A stretch of 64,000 bases of DNA, from NCBI GenBank assembly GCA_963843795.1, contig CAWJLW010000006.1, positions 2,802,375 through 2,866,374 on the forward strand, given 5' to 3'. The stretch is from an uncultured bacterium. GTDB lineage: Bacteria; Armatimonadota; Abditibacteriia; Abditibacteriales; Abditibacteriaceae. The stretch's first letter is position 1, and each line of letters starts with the position of its first letter. This document shows positions 18,729 through 27,679 of the stretch, piece after piece. Made by a program: the position numbers and the translations under genes. The notes beneath the pieces were generated by a model, which was not told the origin of the DNA, did not search any database, and worked only from the letters and a program-made list of their open reading frames with translations.

Positions 18729-20978
18729 TTATTGAATGCCGTCGCGCGACCAGCGGTTCCACAGTTGGCCGCTGTCCAAACCCAACACGTTCACAAAAGC
18801 AGTGTCGGGCGGCACATCGCGTCCGATTTGGCGCAGAATATTTAAAACCGCTTCGTTGCCCCAGTGCGCGACAATGTAATCTAAAATCGAATTGGCCTGT
18901 GAATAGGCCAAGAATGCACGTTCGCCATCGACGTTCCATTCGCGCATCGCCGCCATCGATAGCAGCCGCTTGGCTTCGCGCGCATCGCGCACGCGTTGCA
19001 AATAGCCGTCGTAACCGCCTTCGACCAGCGTCGCAATTCCCTCATTAAACCAGACCGGAACATTGCGCCCGTTCGAAATCTGACGCACAGCGACGTGACC
19101 GTATTCGTGAGCCAGCGTGCCAAAAGTTGCCTGACGCAAACGATCATCGACAAAAGCATTGACTTCTTCGCCCAAAACCAAAGGCCCGCGTTCGGTCGCG
19201 ATAAGTTTGGTAAGGGTTAAAGCCGCGACAAATTCGCTGCTGCCCTGCGAAGAAAAGCGCGTGGTATAAGATTGAAATTCTGCCTGCGTGCGCCACAAAA
19301 CCACTTCGGTCGTGCCCATCGGAATTCCAAAATCGGTGTAAACCGTGTGCTGTGCTGCTTCGAGAGCTGCCAGTAGCGGTAACGCGCTGACATCATCTAA
19401 GCGGCAGCGCACGGTGAACAATTGCGAGCGAATCAGGTTCGGAGGCTTAATCGGCGCGAGTTCGCGGCGCTGGTCGAGATGATCGGACAAAACTTGAACC
19501 CACGCTGCATCATCGGCACTCATGCGCGCGAAAGCGCCCTGTCGTAGCAAAATGCGCGATTGTTCGAGATAGCGCGCGGCGGTGTCGTCGTCGCCAAGTT
19601 TGGAAAATTCCATGCCCAGTCGCAGCGCGCGCAGCGGCGTCGGCGCCAGCTTTTGTTCGCGATTGAGCGCGCTAATGACAAAAGTCGGATGATCGGCGAC
19701 CAAGCCAACTTTGGCTTCCTTGCTCAATTGCGTGCGCGCGCGGTTGGCCGGATCGAGCGGACGGCGCTCTTCAGCCGCCGCCAACCTGCGCGCATCGACT
19801 CGGTTGGGTTCGAGCCACGCGACTTTTTGATATTCGTCCGCAGCCTCATCGAAAACGCCGCCGGCTTCCAATGCGCGCGCGAAATCGAGGTGCGCGGTCG
19901 GGCTGTCGAAAGCCTGCGGGCTTTGATTAATCGCTTCGCGCAACATCAGCGCGCGCGCGGCAATTTCCGGGCTTTCATCCAAAGGTGCGGGCTTGTCGAT
20001 TTCCATCGGCTGCGCATCGCTGAGATGCGGTTCCCACACTCCATCCAGCCCAACCCAGTTGCGCGCGCCCGGCTGTAACAACAAGTGCAGCGTGCCACCC
20101 GCGCTATCACCGCTTTTGCTGCGCGCCATTAATTGCGACAAAATCCACGCGCGCACGGCACTATCACCTTCCGAAGCACTGGCTGCGGGCACGCCGGTCG
20201 GCGAAGCGATCCCGTTTTGGGCGCTCTCACGCCGTGCAAGTACTTGCGACGACAAAACGCGACCATTCCAGCGCGAACGCCGCAACGCAATCCAGCGTCC
20301 GCCGCGTCGCTCGACAACCAAGTGCAAAAGGACTTCGTCGGGTCGTGCATTAGGGTTGGCCGCGCTGCTAAGTTCGTCCCATTCATCGCGCGCCGTCGAA
20401 GCTAAAATTTGCAGCGCATCGAAAGTCGCGTCGGCCACGCTCCACGTCGTGCCGCTCAGGTTCCAGCTTCCATCGCGCTCGCGCTGGAGCGCAATGTCCT
20501 GCGCGCCGGTTTTTAATAACTGCGCCGTGCGCTGGCCCGTGCGCGCCATATCAACCGTAACGCCGCTAATTTCCAAGTTCTGGCGCGCTAAGGCATGATC
20601 ACCACGAATCGACAAACGCCGCAAACGCAAACGCGCGGAAAGCGAAACATAGCGGGCGGGCGGTTGCAAACCCACGATTTGCAGAGCGTTGGCATCCAAC
20701 GCATTAACCGCCGCTTCCAAGCGTCCCAGCGTCGATTCAATCGCCGCCGCATCGTTTTGGGGCGCAATTTGAGGTAGCACAACCTGCGGCGCGGGCGCGA
20801 GATTGGGCGGGATATCTGGCGTTTCCGAAGCGGGAAAATCGCCGGAAGACTCAATTTTCTGCGCGGTTCGCGGCGGCGGTAAATTCGGCGAAACCGGAAA
20901 TTGTGGTAAGCCGTTCTGAGCGTGAGCGGCGCTAGCGCCCAGCGACCAAACAAGCGCGATTAGGAGCGGATATTTCAT
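18729..20978 (-). CDS. Secreted protein with TPR-like region and C-terminal peptidase MA-like (gluzincin) domain
   Basis: Signal peptide ending AHA; HEYGH followed by PVWFNEGIA. Confidence 0.7.
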   Translation of the reverse strand: MKYPLLIALVWSLGASAAHAQNGLPQFPVSPNLPPPRTAQKIESSGDFPASETPDIPPNLAPAPQVVLPQIAPQNDAAAIESTLGRLEAAVNALDANALQIVGLQPPARYVSLSARLRLRRLSIRGDHALARQNLEISGVTVDMARTGQRTAQLLKTGAQDIALQRERDGSWNLSGTTWSVADATFDALQILASTARDEWDELSSAANPNARPDEVLLHLVVERRGGRWIALRRSRWNGRVLSSQVLARRESAQNGIASPTGVPAASASEGDSAVRAWILSQLMARSKSGDSAGGTLHLLLQPGARNWVGLDGVWEPHLSDAQPMEIDKPAPLDESPEIAARALMLREAINQSPQAFDSPTAHLDFARALEAGGVFDEAADEYQKVAWLEPNRVDARRLAAAEERRPLDPANRARTQLSKEAKVGLVADHPTFVISALNREQKLAPTPLRALRLGMEFSKLGDDDTAARYLEQSRILLRQGAFARMSADDAAWVQVLSDHLDQRRELAPIKPPNLIRSQLFTVRCRLDDVSALPLLAALEAAQHTVYTDFGIPMGTTEVVLWRTQAEFQSYTTRFSSQGSSEFVAALTLTKLIATERGPLVLGEEVNAFVDDRLRQATFGTLAHEYGHVAVRQISNGRNVPVWFNEGIATLVEGGYDGYLQRVRDAREAKRLLSMAAMREWNVDGERAFLAYSQANSILDYIVAHWGNEAVLNILRQIGRDVPPDTAFVNVLGLDSGQLWNRWSRDGIQ

Positions 20979-21036
20979 GAAGAAAAGAAATTATGATCTC
21001 GAAAATGTGCGCGGCAAGTACTTGCCGTGCACATTT

Positions 21037-22395
21037 TCAGTCGGAGCTTTTTTTGTCACTCACTTCTTTGACATCTTTTTCGTCGCCGGTTTTGCGGCGT
21101 TTGTTGCGGCGCAGGCGCTTGCCGCGATGATAGGCGACTGTGCGGCGCGCGATCTGACAATCGTATTCCTCGCGTAATCTGCTGACGATTTCCTGATCGG
21201 TCAACTTCGGCGATTCGGAAATCACGCGCGCCACGACATCGGTTTTGCTTTGGCACAAAAACAAAAGCGGAATTTTGCCCCATGGCGTTTCGATAGTCTT
21301 TTTGCGAATCAGGCGCGAAACTGTTGACGGGTGCTCGCCCATTTCGCGCGCCAGTTCGGCCTGCGCCAAAGGCTTCAGCTGCTTCATATCGCCGGTTTTT
21401 AGATAATCGACCTGCTGAGCGCACAAACTGGTAATTAAGCGCGAGAGGGCTGACAAACGCTGATTGATTAAACGCGCGCGCAACAATAAATCGCGCGCGG
21501 TTTCTTCGCCTTCTGCGGTTTTGATTTTGGGAGTGCCTGGCAAACGAATGTGATAGCGCTGCGCGTAAACAGAATCTTGATGGAATTGAATCGAAGGCTT
21601 GTCGTCAATAATTTCGACCCACGCAATCGGTGTGTCGGTCGTAATCGTGCTCGTCGAAACTGTCGAACGCGGCGCGGTGGTATCGGTTTCGTAGCTTTGC
21701 GCCAAGTAAACGCGGTCGGCGGCTTCCAACACTTCTTCGGCTTCGAGTAAGGAGCACTCGAAACGCTCGGCCAATTCTTCGGCGGTCGAATCGCCACCCA
21801 GAATTAAATCCAAAAATTCCTGTTCCGAAACTTCATAGCGCGTCACGAATTCGCGCGTGGTTTCGATAATATCGGTCAAATCGACGCGCGCTTCGCTGCC
21901 TGTATTATCCAGCGCGCGCTCATCAGGCGATGGGCCATCACTAACCGGAGCGCGCGCCATATCGACCCAGCCCGCTTGTCCGTTGCCCAGCGTCGAGGAA
22001 CGAATGTAACGCAGATGGCGCACCAAATCACCGGGCGAAACTTCGTATTTTTCGGCCAATTCCGCCACGCGATCCAAGGCGTGGGGCGCGAGAAAATCGC
22101 GCTCCCAGTTGGCTTTTTCGGTGATTTTACTGTCGCGCAGAAAATCGACGAGAGCGCGATCCATATATTCTTCATAACGCTCGCGCGGAATACGTCCGTG
22201 CAAACGAACGCGCGCAATTGCTCCTTCTTTCACCAAACGCTGGAACAAAGGATGTTTTTCAAAATTGATGACAAAGTCGCGAAAATCCGGCTCGCTCTGC
22301 GACAAAAGCGTGACAAATTCTTCCGGCGGACGCCGCATCCGCAACGTCATATCTTCGCGCTGAATTGCCCGTCCGCTGCTCATCATAGCCGCCAT
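21037..22395 (-). CDS. Divergent sigma-54 (RpoN)-like protein
   Basis: LKPL..AELA..MGEHPSTVSR HTH, KTIETPWG, LTDQEI and RpoN-box-like ARRTVAYHR; N-terminal and central regions atypical; GGAG RBS. Confidence 0.78.
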   Translation of the reverse strand: MAAMMSSGRAIQREDMTLRMRRPPEEFVTLLSQSEPDFRDFVINFEKHPLFQRLVKEGAIARVRLHGRIPRERYEEYMDRALVDFLRDSKITEKANWERDFLAPHALDRVAELAEKYEVSPGDLVRHLRYIRSSTLGNGQAGWVDMARAPVSDGPSPDERALDNTGSEARVDLTDIIETTREFVTRYEVSEQEFLDLILGGDSTAEELAERFECSLLEAEEVLEAADRVYLAQSYETDTTAPRSTVSTSTITTDTPIAWVEIIDDKPSIQFHQDSVYAQRYHIRLPGTPKIKTAEGEETARDLLLRARLINQRLSALSRLITSLCAQQVDYLKTGDMKQLKPLAQAELAREMGEHPSTVSRLIRKKTIETPWGKIPLLFLCQSKTDVVARVISESPKLTDQEIVSRLREEYDCQIARRTVAYHRGKRLRRNKRRKTGDEKDVKEVSDKKSSD

Positions 22396-22451
22396 ATTTT
22401 CTGCTCCCGCTCGTTGGATACTGAATTTTCGCTAACTCAATTATAAATCGC

Positions 22452-22468
22452 TGGCAATTGTGTTGCCT
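22452..22468. promoter_or_regulatory. Candidate sigma-54 -24/-12 motif readable on both strands
   Basis: Plus strand TGGCAATTGTGTTGC; minus strand AGGCAACACAATTGC; both are GG-N10-GC ending in TTGC; about 57 bp upstream of the rpoN-like start. Confidence 0.45.
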
Positions 22469-22623
22469 GAAAGTCGCTTTTCTGAGGATGCTTCAATTTG
22501 TCCTACGTTCACGCCAATTGCGAAATTGTCGTCGAAATGATTCTTGCGTGCAAGCGCTGCGAAAATGAGTTAAGCTGTGAAGTCGCAGATTAAGTTCTAA
22601 TAAGTTGGAAGCGGAGGAAAATT

Positions 22624-22785
22624 ATGGCCAAGAAAGGCAACAACCAAATCATCAAATTGCGTTCAAGTGAAAGCGATTATCGTTATTACACGACCAAAAA
22701 TAAGCGCAACACCAGCGGTCGTTTGGAATTGAAGAAATACGACCCCGTTGTGCGCCGTCACGTTTCATTCAAAGAAGAACGCTAA
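22624..22785 (+). CDS. rpmG: 50S ribosomal protein L33, Cys-free form (53 aa; absent from the ORF track)
   Basis: Own translation [61 protein letters not shown]. Confidence 0.96.
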   Translation: MAKKGNNQIIKLRSSESDYRYYTTKNKRNTSGRLELKKYDPVVRRHVSFKEER

Positions 22786-22803
22786 ACAATCCAAACATCG
22801 AAC

Positions 22804-22845
22804 CACAAACCGCGCCCTGCAAGTACTTGCAGGGCGCGGTTTGTG
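22804..22845. terminator. Perfect 42-bp inverted repeat centred on the iterated palindrome; probable rpmG terminator
   Basis: CACAAACCGCGCCCTGCAAGT|ACTTGCAGGGCGCGGTTTGTG, 18 bp after the rpmG stop. Confidence 0.75.
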
Positions 22846-22968
22846 CTTTGGGTTTCCAGCATTTTAATGATTACGATGGCATCTTGTAAGGTGCGGTTCT
22901 CTGACCCGCACCTTACAATTTCAAATCAATAAGGCGAGCGCGCTGCATGTACTTGCAGCGCGCTCGTC

Positions 22969-23964
22969 TTATTTGGCAGCGAGCGGATCGTAATTCTCGG
23001 GAGTTTTTTTAGCTTTTTTCTGGCGTGCTTCGTCTAACTTTTGCTTGGCCTCTTGAAATTCCTGCGATCTGGCCCAGCGCGAAATCGCGTGAATGCGTTC
23101 TTCCAAAGCGCTGTTTTCGTGCATCGCCGAACCGAGTTTGTAAGTCGTGGAAATCTCGCCGCCTTCCAATTGCAAAACACCGCCCTGACGCAGAAAATTA
23201 TCGACGTCCTGATTGGTAATTTGCTGCATTTGCATCACCGGATCGCCCGCCAGATGTTGCTTGAGAACAGCGGCCATCAGCAATTTTTCATCGGGCTTCA
23301 ACAACAAAGCCATGCGGTCGGCGCTGCGTTGTGCGGCATCGAACCAGCCCAAACGCAGCAGCGTGCCATAAATTGCGATTGGCCAGCACAAAAAGCGCAA
23401 CAAAGGTTGCATCTGATTGAGAAACGTCAGCAAATTCAGGCGCGCGACCTGGTTTTCGCGTGCCTGAATCAGAGCGCGAATCGTCAATAAGTTCAGTTCG
23501 GCTTCGTTCAAAGTTTCCTGCGCCGCTTTGGAAACCACGAAGAAATGCGCCCTTTTGCGTCCCAACATTTGTAACCGAAAATCGCCCGTTTTCTCGAAAA
23601 ATCCTTCAGGTTCTCGAATGCCCAGCAACGCGCTGCCTTTGCTCAGCAGCGTTTTCAAGCGCGGCTGCGTGCGCGAACTGATTTTCGCCTCAGCGCCCAA
23701 TGCGTTCAAACGCTGCTTAATTGAACTGGGCGCGACCACGAAAAAGCCCAGCACGCAGGCCAGCCACCAGCCCAAGAGAATGAACGAAATTTGCCGCGTC
23801 GCGGGCCAGATGGCGAAAAAACCAGAAATGGCGAAAACGATGGCAAGCCAGATTACCAGCGCGCGTGTGCCTTCGCTTTTTTCGTGCGGATCGGCGTAAT
23901 CGCTGAGTTGTGCGGCGCTGACAACCTGCAAATTACGGTCGGGAATATTGACGGTGACGGGCAT
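22969..23964 (-). CDS. Membrane protein resembling M48 peptidases but lacking HExxH
   Basis: Two N-terminal TMs; LNEAEL (cf. L...EL..V..HE..H), SADRMALL and LEERI; no zinc motif. Confidence 0.5.
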   Translation of the reverse strand: MPVTVNIPDRNLQVVSAAQLSDYADPHEKSEGTRALVIWLAIVFAISGFFAIWPATRQISFILLGWWLACVLGFFVVAPSSIKQRLNALGAEAKISSRTQPRLKTLLSKGSALLGIREPEGFFEKTGDFRLQMLGRKRAHFFVVSKAAQETLNEAELNLLTIRALIQARENQVARLNLLTFLNQMQPLLRFLCWPIAIYGTLLRLGWFDAAQRSADRMALLLKPDEKLLMAAVLKQHLAGDPVMQMQQITNQDVDNFLRQGGVLQLEGGEISTTYKLGSAMHENSALEERIHAISRWARSQEFQEAKQKLDEARQKKAKKTPENYDPLAAK

Positions 23965-24013
23965 AATTCAATCGCTTTGAAAGAAGGGATATCGCAAGGA
24001 CTGACCGTAGAAT

Positions 24014-25351
24014 TTAGATTTTTGCTTGCGTCTCATTTTGGATTTCGAGCGCGGCAGTGCGTTGCACCAGAATCTTGTGCGGGCGGCGTCCGCGCACGGC
24101 TTGCACCGTGAGTTTCGCGCTTTCAGTTTCGACCAGATCGCCCACAAGGGGCGCGCGGCCCAGCGTTTCGATGACGAAACCACCAACGGTTTCAAACTCG
24201 CCACCGGGCAACACCAAATTCCAATCGTCGGCCAGATCGTCGATGTGCAAAAGTGCATCGACCAGCGCAGAGTTCTCGTCCAGAATAACCAACGGCTCGT
24301 GATGAGCGTCGTGCTCATCAGCGATTTCGCCGACCAGTTCTTCCAAAATATCTTCAATAGTGAGCAAGCCTGCCGTGCCACCGAATTCGTCGATGATTAA
24401 GGCCAGATGCGAGCGGCGCGCGCGCATGGTTTCTAAGGCTTCGTCGATTTTGCGCGCTTCGGGCAAAAAAACCGGTTCGCGCATCAAATCGTGCAGGGAA
24501 ATTTGGGCCAAATCTTCGTCCGCATCCATTCGCAGCAACAAATCTTTAGCGTGCAATACGCCCAACACGCGGTCGATATTCTCTTCAAAAATCGGCAAGC
24601 GCGATAAACCACTTTTCTGCATCGTATCCAGCACTTCGTCCAAAGTGCTATCGACCGAAAGCGCGATGATGTCAGGGCGCGGAATCATCACTTCATGAAC
24701 GCGCGTGTCACCGAACGAAAAAATGCTTTCGATAAGTTCGTGATTGTCTTGCAAAGCACCCGACGATTGCGCCGATTCCACCAGATCGCGAATTTCGCTG
24801 GCGTTTTCCAAACCGCTTTCGCTGTCACCGGTTTTATTGGGCGCAGCAATTGGTAGAAGGCCAAGAGGCCGCAGAATTAGCGTGCCCACTCCCAGAAACA
24901 GTGACACGAATGGCCGCAGCAGCGAAACCGATACGCGCGCCGGACGCACCCACCACAATTTCATCAGTGTGCCGCGTCGCGCCGCTAATAAGCGCGGCAC
25001 AATTTGAAAAATCGGCACCACAATTAATGCGACAATCGCGCACACGATGCCGATTTGCGGGCCTTCGAGCACGCTATCGCGCGCCAGCCATACGCACAAC
25101 GCGGCAGCCACGACGAGCGGCACATTGGCGGCGATAGTGACCGTTGCCAGATAACGCTGCTCGTCGTCGGATAAAGAAGCGGCGAAATTTTTATCGACGC
25201 CATTCCTGTCATCGTCGCTGGCGTGAGATTGCGAACGCATCAGTTGGCGCAGTCGCACGCGATTGGTAGCCGCCAAGGCGGCTTCCGAAGCGGCAAAAAG
25301 CGCAACGAGCAGCAGGCAAACCAGAAAAGCAATGTAACAAAGAGTGAACAT
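24014..25351 (-). CDS. CNNM/DUF21-CBS-CorC (hemolysin C-like) Mg/Co transporter family protein
   Basis: FAASEAAL, EVMIPR, SRLPIF, IIDEFGGTAGLLTIEDILEELVGEI, ETVGGF. Confidence 0.92.
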   Translation of the reverse strand: MFTLCYIAFLVCLLLVALFAASEAALAATNRVRLRQLMRSQSHASDDDRNGVDKNFAASLSDDEQRYLATVTIAANVPLVVAAALCVWLARDSVLEGPQIGIVCAIVALIVVPIFQIVPRLLAARRGTLMKLWWVRPARVSVSLLRPFVSLFLGVGTLILRPLGLLPIAAPNKTGDSESGLENASEIRDLVESAQSSGALQDNHELIESIFSFGDTRVHEVMIPRPDIIALSVDSTLDEVLDTMQKSGLSRLPIFEENIDRVLGVLHAKDLLLRMDADEDLAQISLHDLMREPVFLPEARKIDEALETMRARRSHLALIIDEFGGTAGLLTIEDILEELVGEIADEHDAHHEPLVILDENSALVDALLHIDDLADDWNLVLPGGEFETVGGFVIETLGRAPLVGDLVETESAKLTVQAVRGRRPHKILVQRTAALEIQNETQAKI

Positions 25352-25395
25352 ATTTTGGTGACATATGACGCTGCAAGTACTTGCAGCGCGCGATT

Positions 25396-26937
25396 TTAAC
25401 TATTTTCGGTATTGTCCAATGCAACTTTTTCGATGCGCATTTCTTCGATGCGCGGCCCATTCATCGCGCTGACCTGCAAATCGAGTGCAGCCAGCGCCGC
25501 TAAACTTTCAGGCTTTTCGCGGTCGGGCGCGACCGAAAAAATTTGTCCTAGCACCACACGGTCGCCGGTTTGAGGCACGCCATCGAACAATTCCAAAGCC
25601 AGCGAAGCCAGCGATTGCGAAGGTGTGGCCGCTGCGAATGTTGCATTTTCCTCCCGCGCTGGCACGCCGCACAAAAGCGCGTGTTCACCAAACGCATGAA
25701 GCCAGAATTTCTCCACTTCGCGCACCGTTTTTGCGCCCGGTGCCAAAATCGCTGCGCCTTGAACATCGACAGTTGCGGTTACGGGTTCACCTTCGCCGTT
25801 CAGATTAACTGCGGCGGCTTCGAGCGCGGCAGCAGTGTCGGGCGCAACGCGCAGTTCGGCGCTGATCTCGTCGTATTCGTCTTCGATTTCGCCAACAATC
25901 TCTTCGAGCAAATCTTCCAAAGTTACCACACCCGCCGTGCCGCCATCCGCATCGACGATGACCGCCAGCAGCGTGCGCTGGCGACGCAAATCTTCCAATG
26001 CCGAAGCTATGCGCTTGGTTTCAGGCAGATAAAACACCGGGCGCACCACATCACACGCGCGCAACGCCGTCGTTGAAGGCGAGTTTTGCGCGTCGGGACG
26101 CAGATGAGGAATCAAGTCTTTGGTAGCGATGATGCCAATGACTTTATCTAATGAACCTTCATAGACCGGCAGGCGCGAGTGCCCAGCTTTCATAGCGACG
26201 CGCAACACTTCGCGCAGCGGCAAATCGGCGGAAACGCCCACGATATCGATGCGTGGCGTCATCACTTCATGCACAGTTTTATCGCGAAAATCTAGCGCGC
26301 CCTGCAACATTTCGCGCTCTTCCGATTGAATTACGCCTTCTTCGACTGCCGCTTGCAACGCTTGACGAAGCTCGCCCGCCGAAACCTGCGGCGAACTATC
26401 GCTGTTTACGCCCCATAAGCGCGCCACGCCACGCGCCACGCCGCCCAACAGCCAAATTAGCGGCGTCAGGAGGCTGACGCTGCGCTCGATAAGTCCGACA
26501 CAGCGCAGCGCGATGCCTTCGGGGTTGCGACCGGCGACCAGCAGCGGCAGCACTTCGGCCACGAATAACGCAAAAATTAACAATAACGGCAAACTCCACA
26601 GAGGCCAGCCGGCGCTTAAAACCTGCCATGTCAACAGCGCGCCCGCCGCCCATAGCGAAAGCGAAGTGACGATGATGAAAGCCAGCGTCAGGTTTTCGCT
26701 GTGTTCGAGCAAAAGAAGCAATCGTCCGGCGCGGTGGCGTATCGCGGCAGCGGCTGTCGCGTTGGCTTCGTTTTTTTCGGTGTTACGATTATCGCTGCTG
26801 CGATTTTCGTCTTCGTCTTCAATTAAAGCGCGTAAGCGTGCACGCGACAGCGCTCCCAGCGCGACTTCCATCGCGGTGAATAGCGCTTCGCAAATGGCAC
26901 AAATAATGGCTAAAGCAATCAGCATAAGTTGGGTCAT
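25396..26937 (-). CDS. Second CNNM/DUF21-CBS family protein
   Basis: FTAMEVAL, AEVLP, EVMTPR, HSRLPVY, GVVTLEDLLEEIVGEIEDEYD; start re-assigned to 26937. Confidence 0.9.
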   Translation of the reverse strand: MTQLMLIALAIICAICEALFTAMEVALGALSRARLRALIEDEDENRSSDNRNTEKNEANATAAAAIRHRAGRLLLLLEHSENLTLAFIIVTSLSLWAAGALLTWQVLSAGWPLWSLPLLLIFALFVAEVLPLLVAGRNPEGIALRCVGLIERSVSLLTPLIWLLGGVARGVARLWGVNSDSSPQVSAGELRQALQAAVEEGVIQSEEREMLQGALDFRDKTVHEVMTPRIDIVGVSADLPLREVLRVAMKAGHSRLPVYEGSLDKVIGIIATKDLIPHLRPDAQNSPSTTALRACDVVRPVFYLPETKRIASALEDLRRQRTLLAVIVDADGGTAGVVTLEDLLEEIVGEIEDEYDEISAELRVAPDTAAALEAAAVNLNGEGEPVTATVDVQGAAILAPGAKTVREVEKFWLHAFGEHALLCGVPAREENATFAAATPSQSLASLALELFDGVPQTGDRVVLGQIFSVAPDREKPESLAALAALDLQVSAMNGPRIEEMRIEKVALDNTENS

Positions 26938-26973
26938 GGAGCGATGCAAAACGCCCTGCAAGTACTTGCAGGG

Positions 26974-27636
26974 CTATTTTTTCTGCGTGGCAAGTTCGAA
27001 TATCCTTTCCTGCGCGCGCCACATCACACGGCGCTGTGTTGAATTTTGGTGGTCGTAGCCCAATAGATGCAGCGTGCCATGAATTGCCAAAAAGCACACT
27101 TCGGTCGAGACAGCGTGCGCGCGTTCAATTGCCTGACGCTGCGCGGTTTCCACTGCGATTACCAAATCGCCCCACACGATTTCATCGGACGCACCAAAAG
27201 CGAAAACGGTGTCCTTTTCATCGCCAGTTTCATCGACAAAATTTGCCTCGCCATCGTCTTCGCTTTGGGCGAAAGATAGTACGTCAGTCGAGCGATTTTT
27301 GCCGCGATAACGTGCGTTAAGTTCGGTCATTTCGTGGTCGCTGACAAAAGTCGCGTCGATTTTCCAAGTGGCGTTGTCGGGGTGGCGTTTCACATAGCGC
27401 GCTGCGTGCGCGTGAGGCTGGGCTTGCACGCACGTCAAAGCGATGGCGCTGCGCAGCGCCCGATTCCAGGCGCGCACATTTTGGGGTTGAACCGAAAGCT
27501 CATTTTGTGCTGAGCTTTGCTGAAATGAGCTTTGCAAAGCCGCACGCGCGCCAGCCGTCCACGTCACGTCAATGACGACACGGGGCGCGGGCGTAGGCGA
27601 AGGTAAGTCGGGGTCGGTCTGGGCAGAAGTGGACAT
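26974..27636 (-). CDS. ybeY: rRNA maturation RNase YbeY
   Basis: LNARYRGKNRSTDVLSF, GDLVI and HGTLHLLGYDH. Confidence 0.95.
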   Translation of the reverse strand: MSTSAQTDPDLPSPTPAPRVVIDVTWTAGARAALQSSFQQSSAQNELSVQPQNVRAWNRALRSAIALTCVQAQPHAHAARYVKRHPDNATWKIDATFVSDHEMTELNARYRGKNRSTDVLSFAQSEDDGEANFVDETGDEKDTVFAFGASDEIVWGDLVIAVETAQRQAIERAHAVSTEVCFLAIHGTLHLLGYDHQNSTQRRVMWRAQERIFELATQKK

Positions 27637-27679
27637 AAAAAGTCGAATCGGTGTTATGAAGGAGAATTATGAAAGCGAA

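Noticed and set aside
21013..21026. Palindrome as a sigma-54 promoter (GGCAAGTACTTGC resembles TGGCAC-N5-TTGC)
   Set aside because: Spacing is GG-N9-GC, one base short of the strict N10, and most copies have T rather than G before GCAAG.
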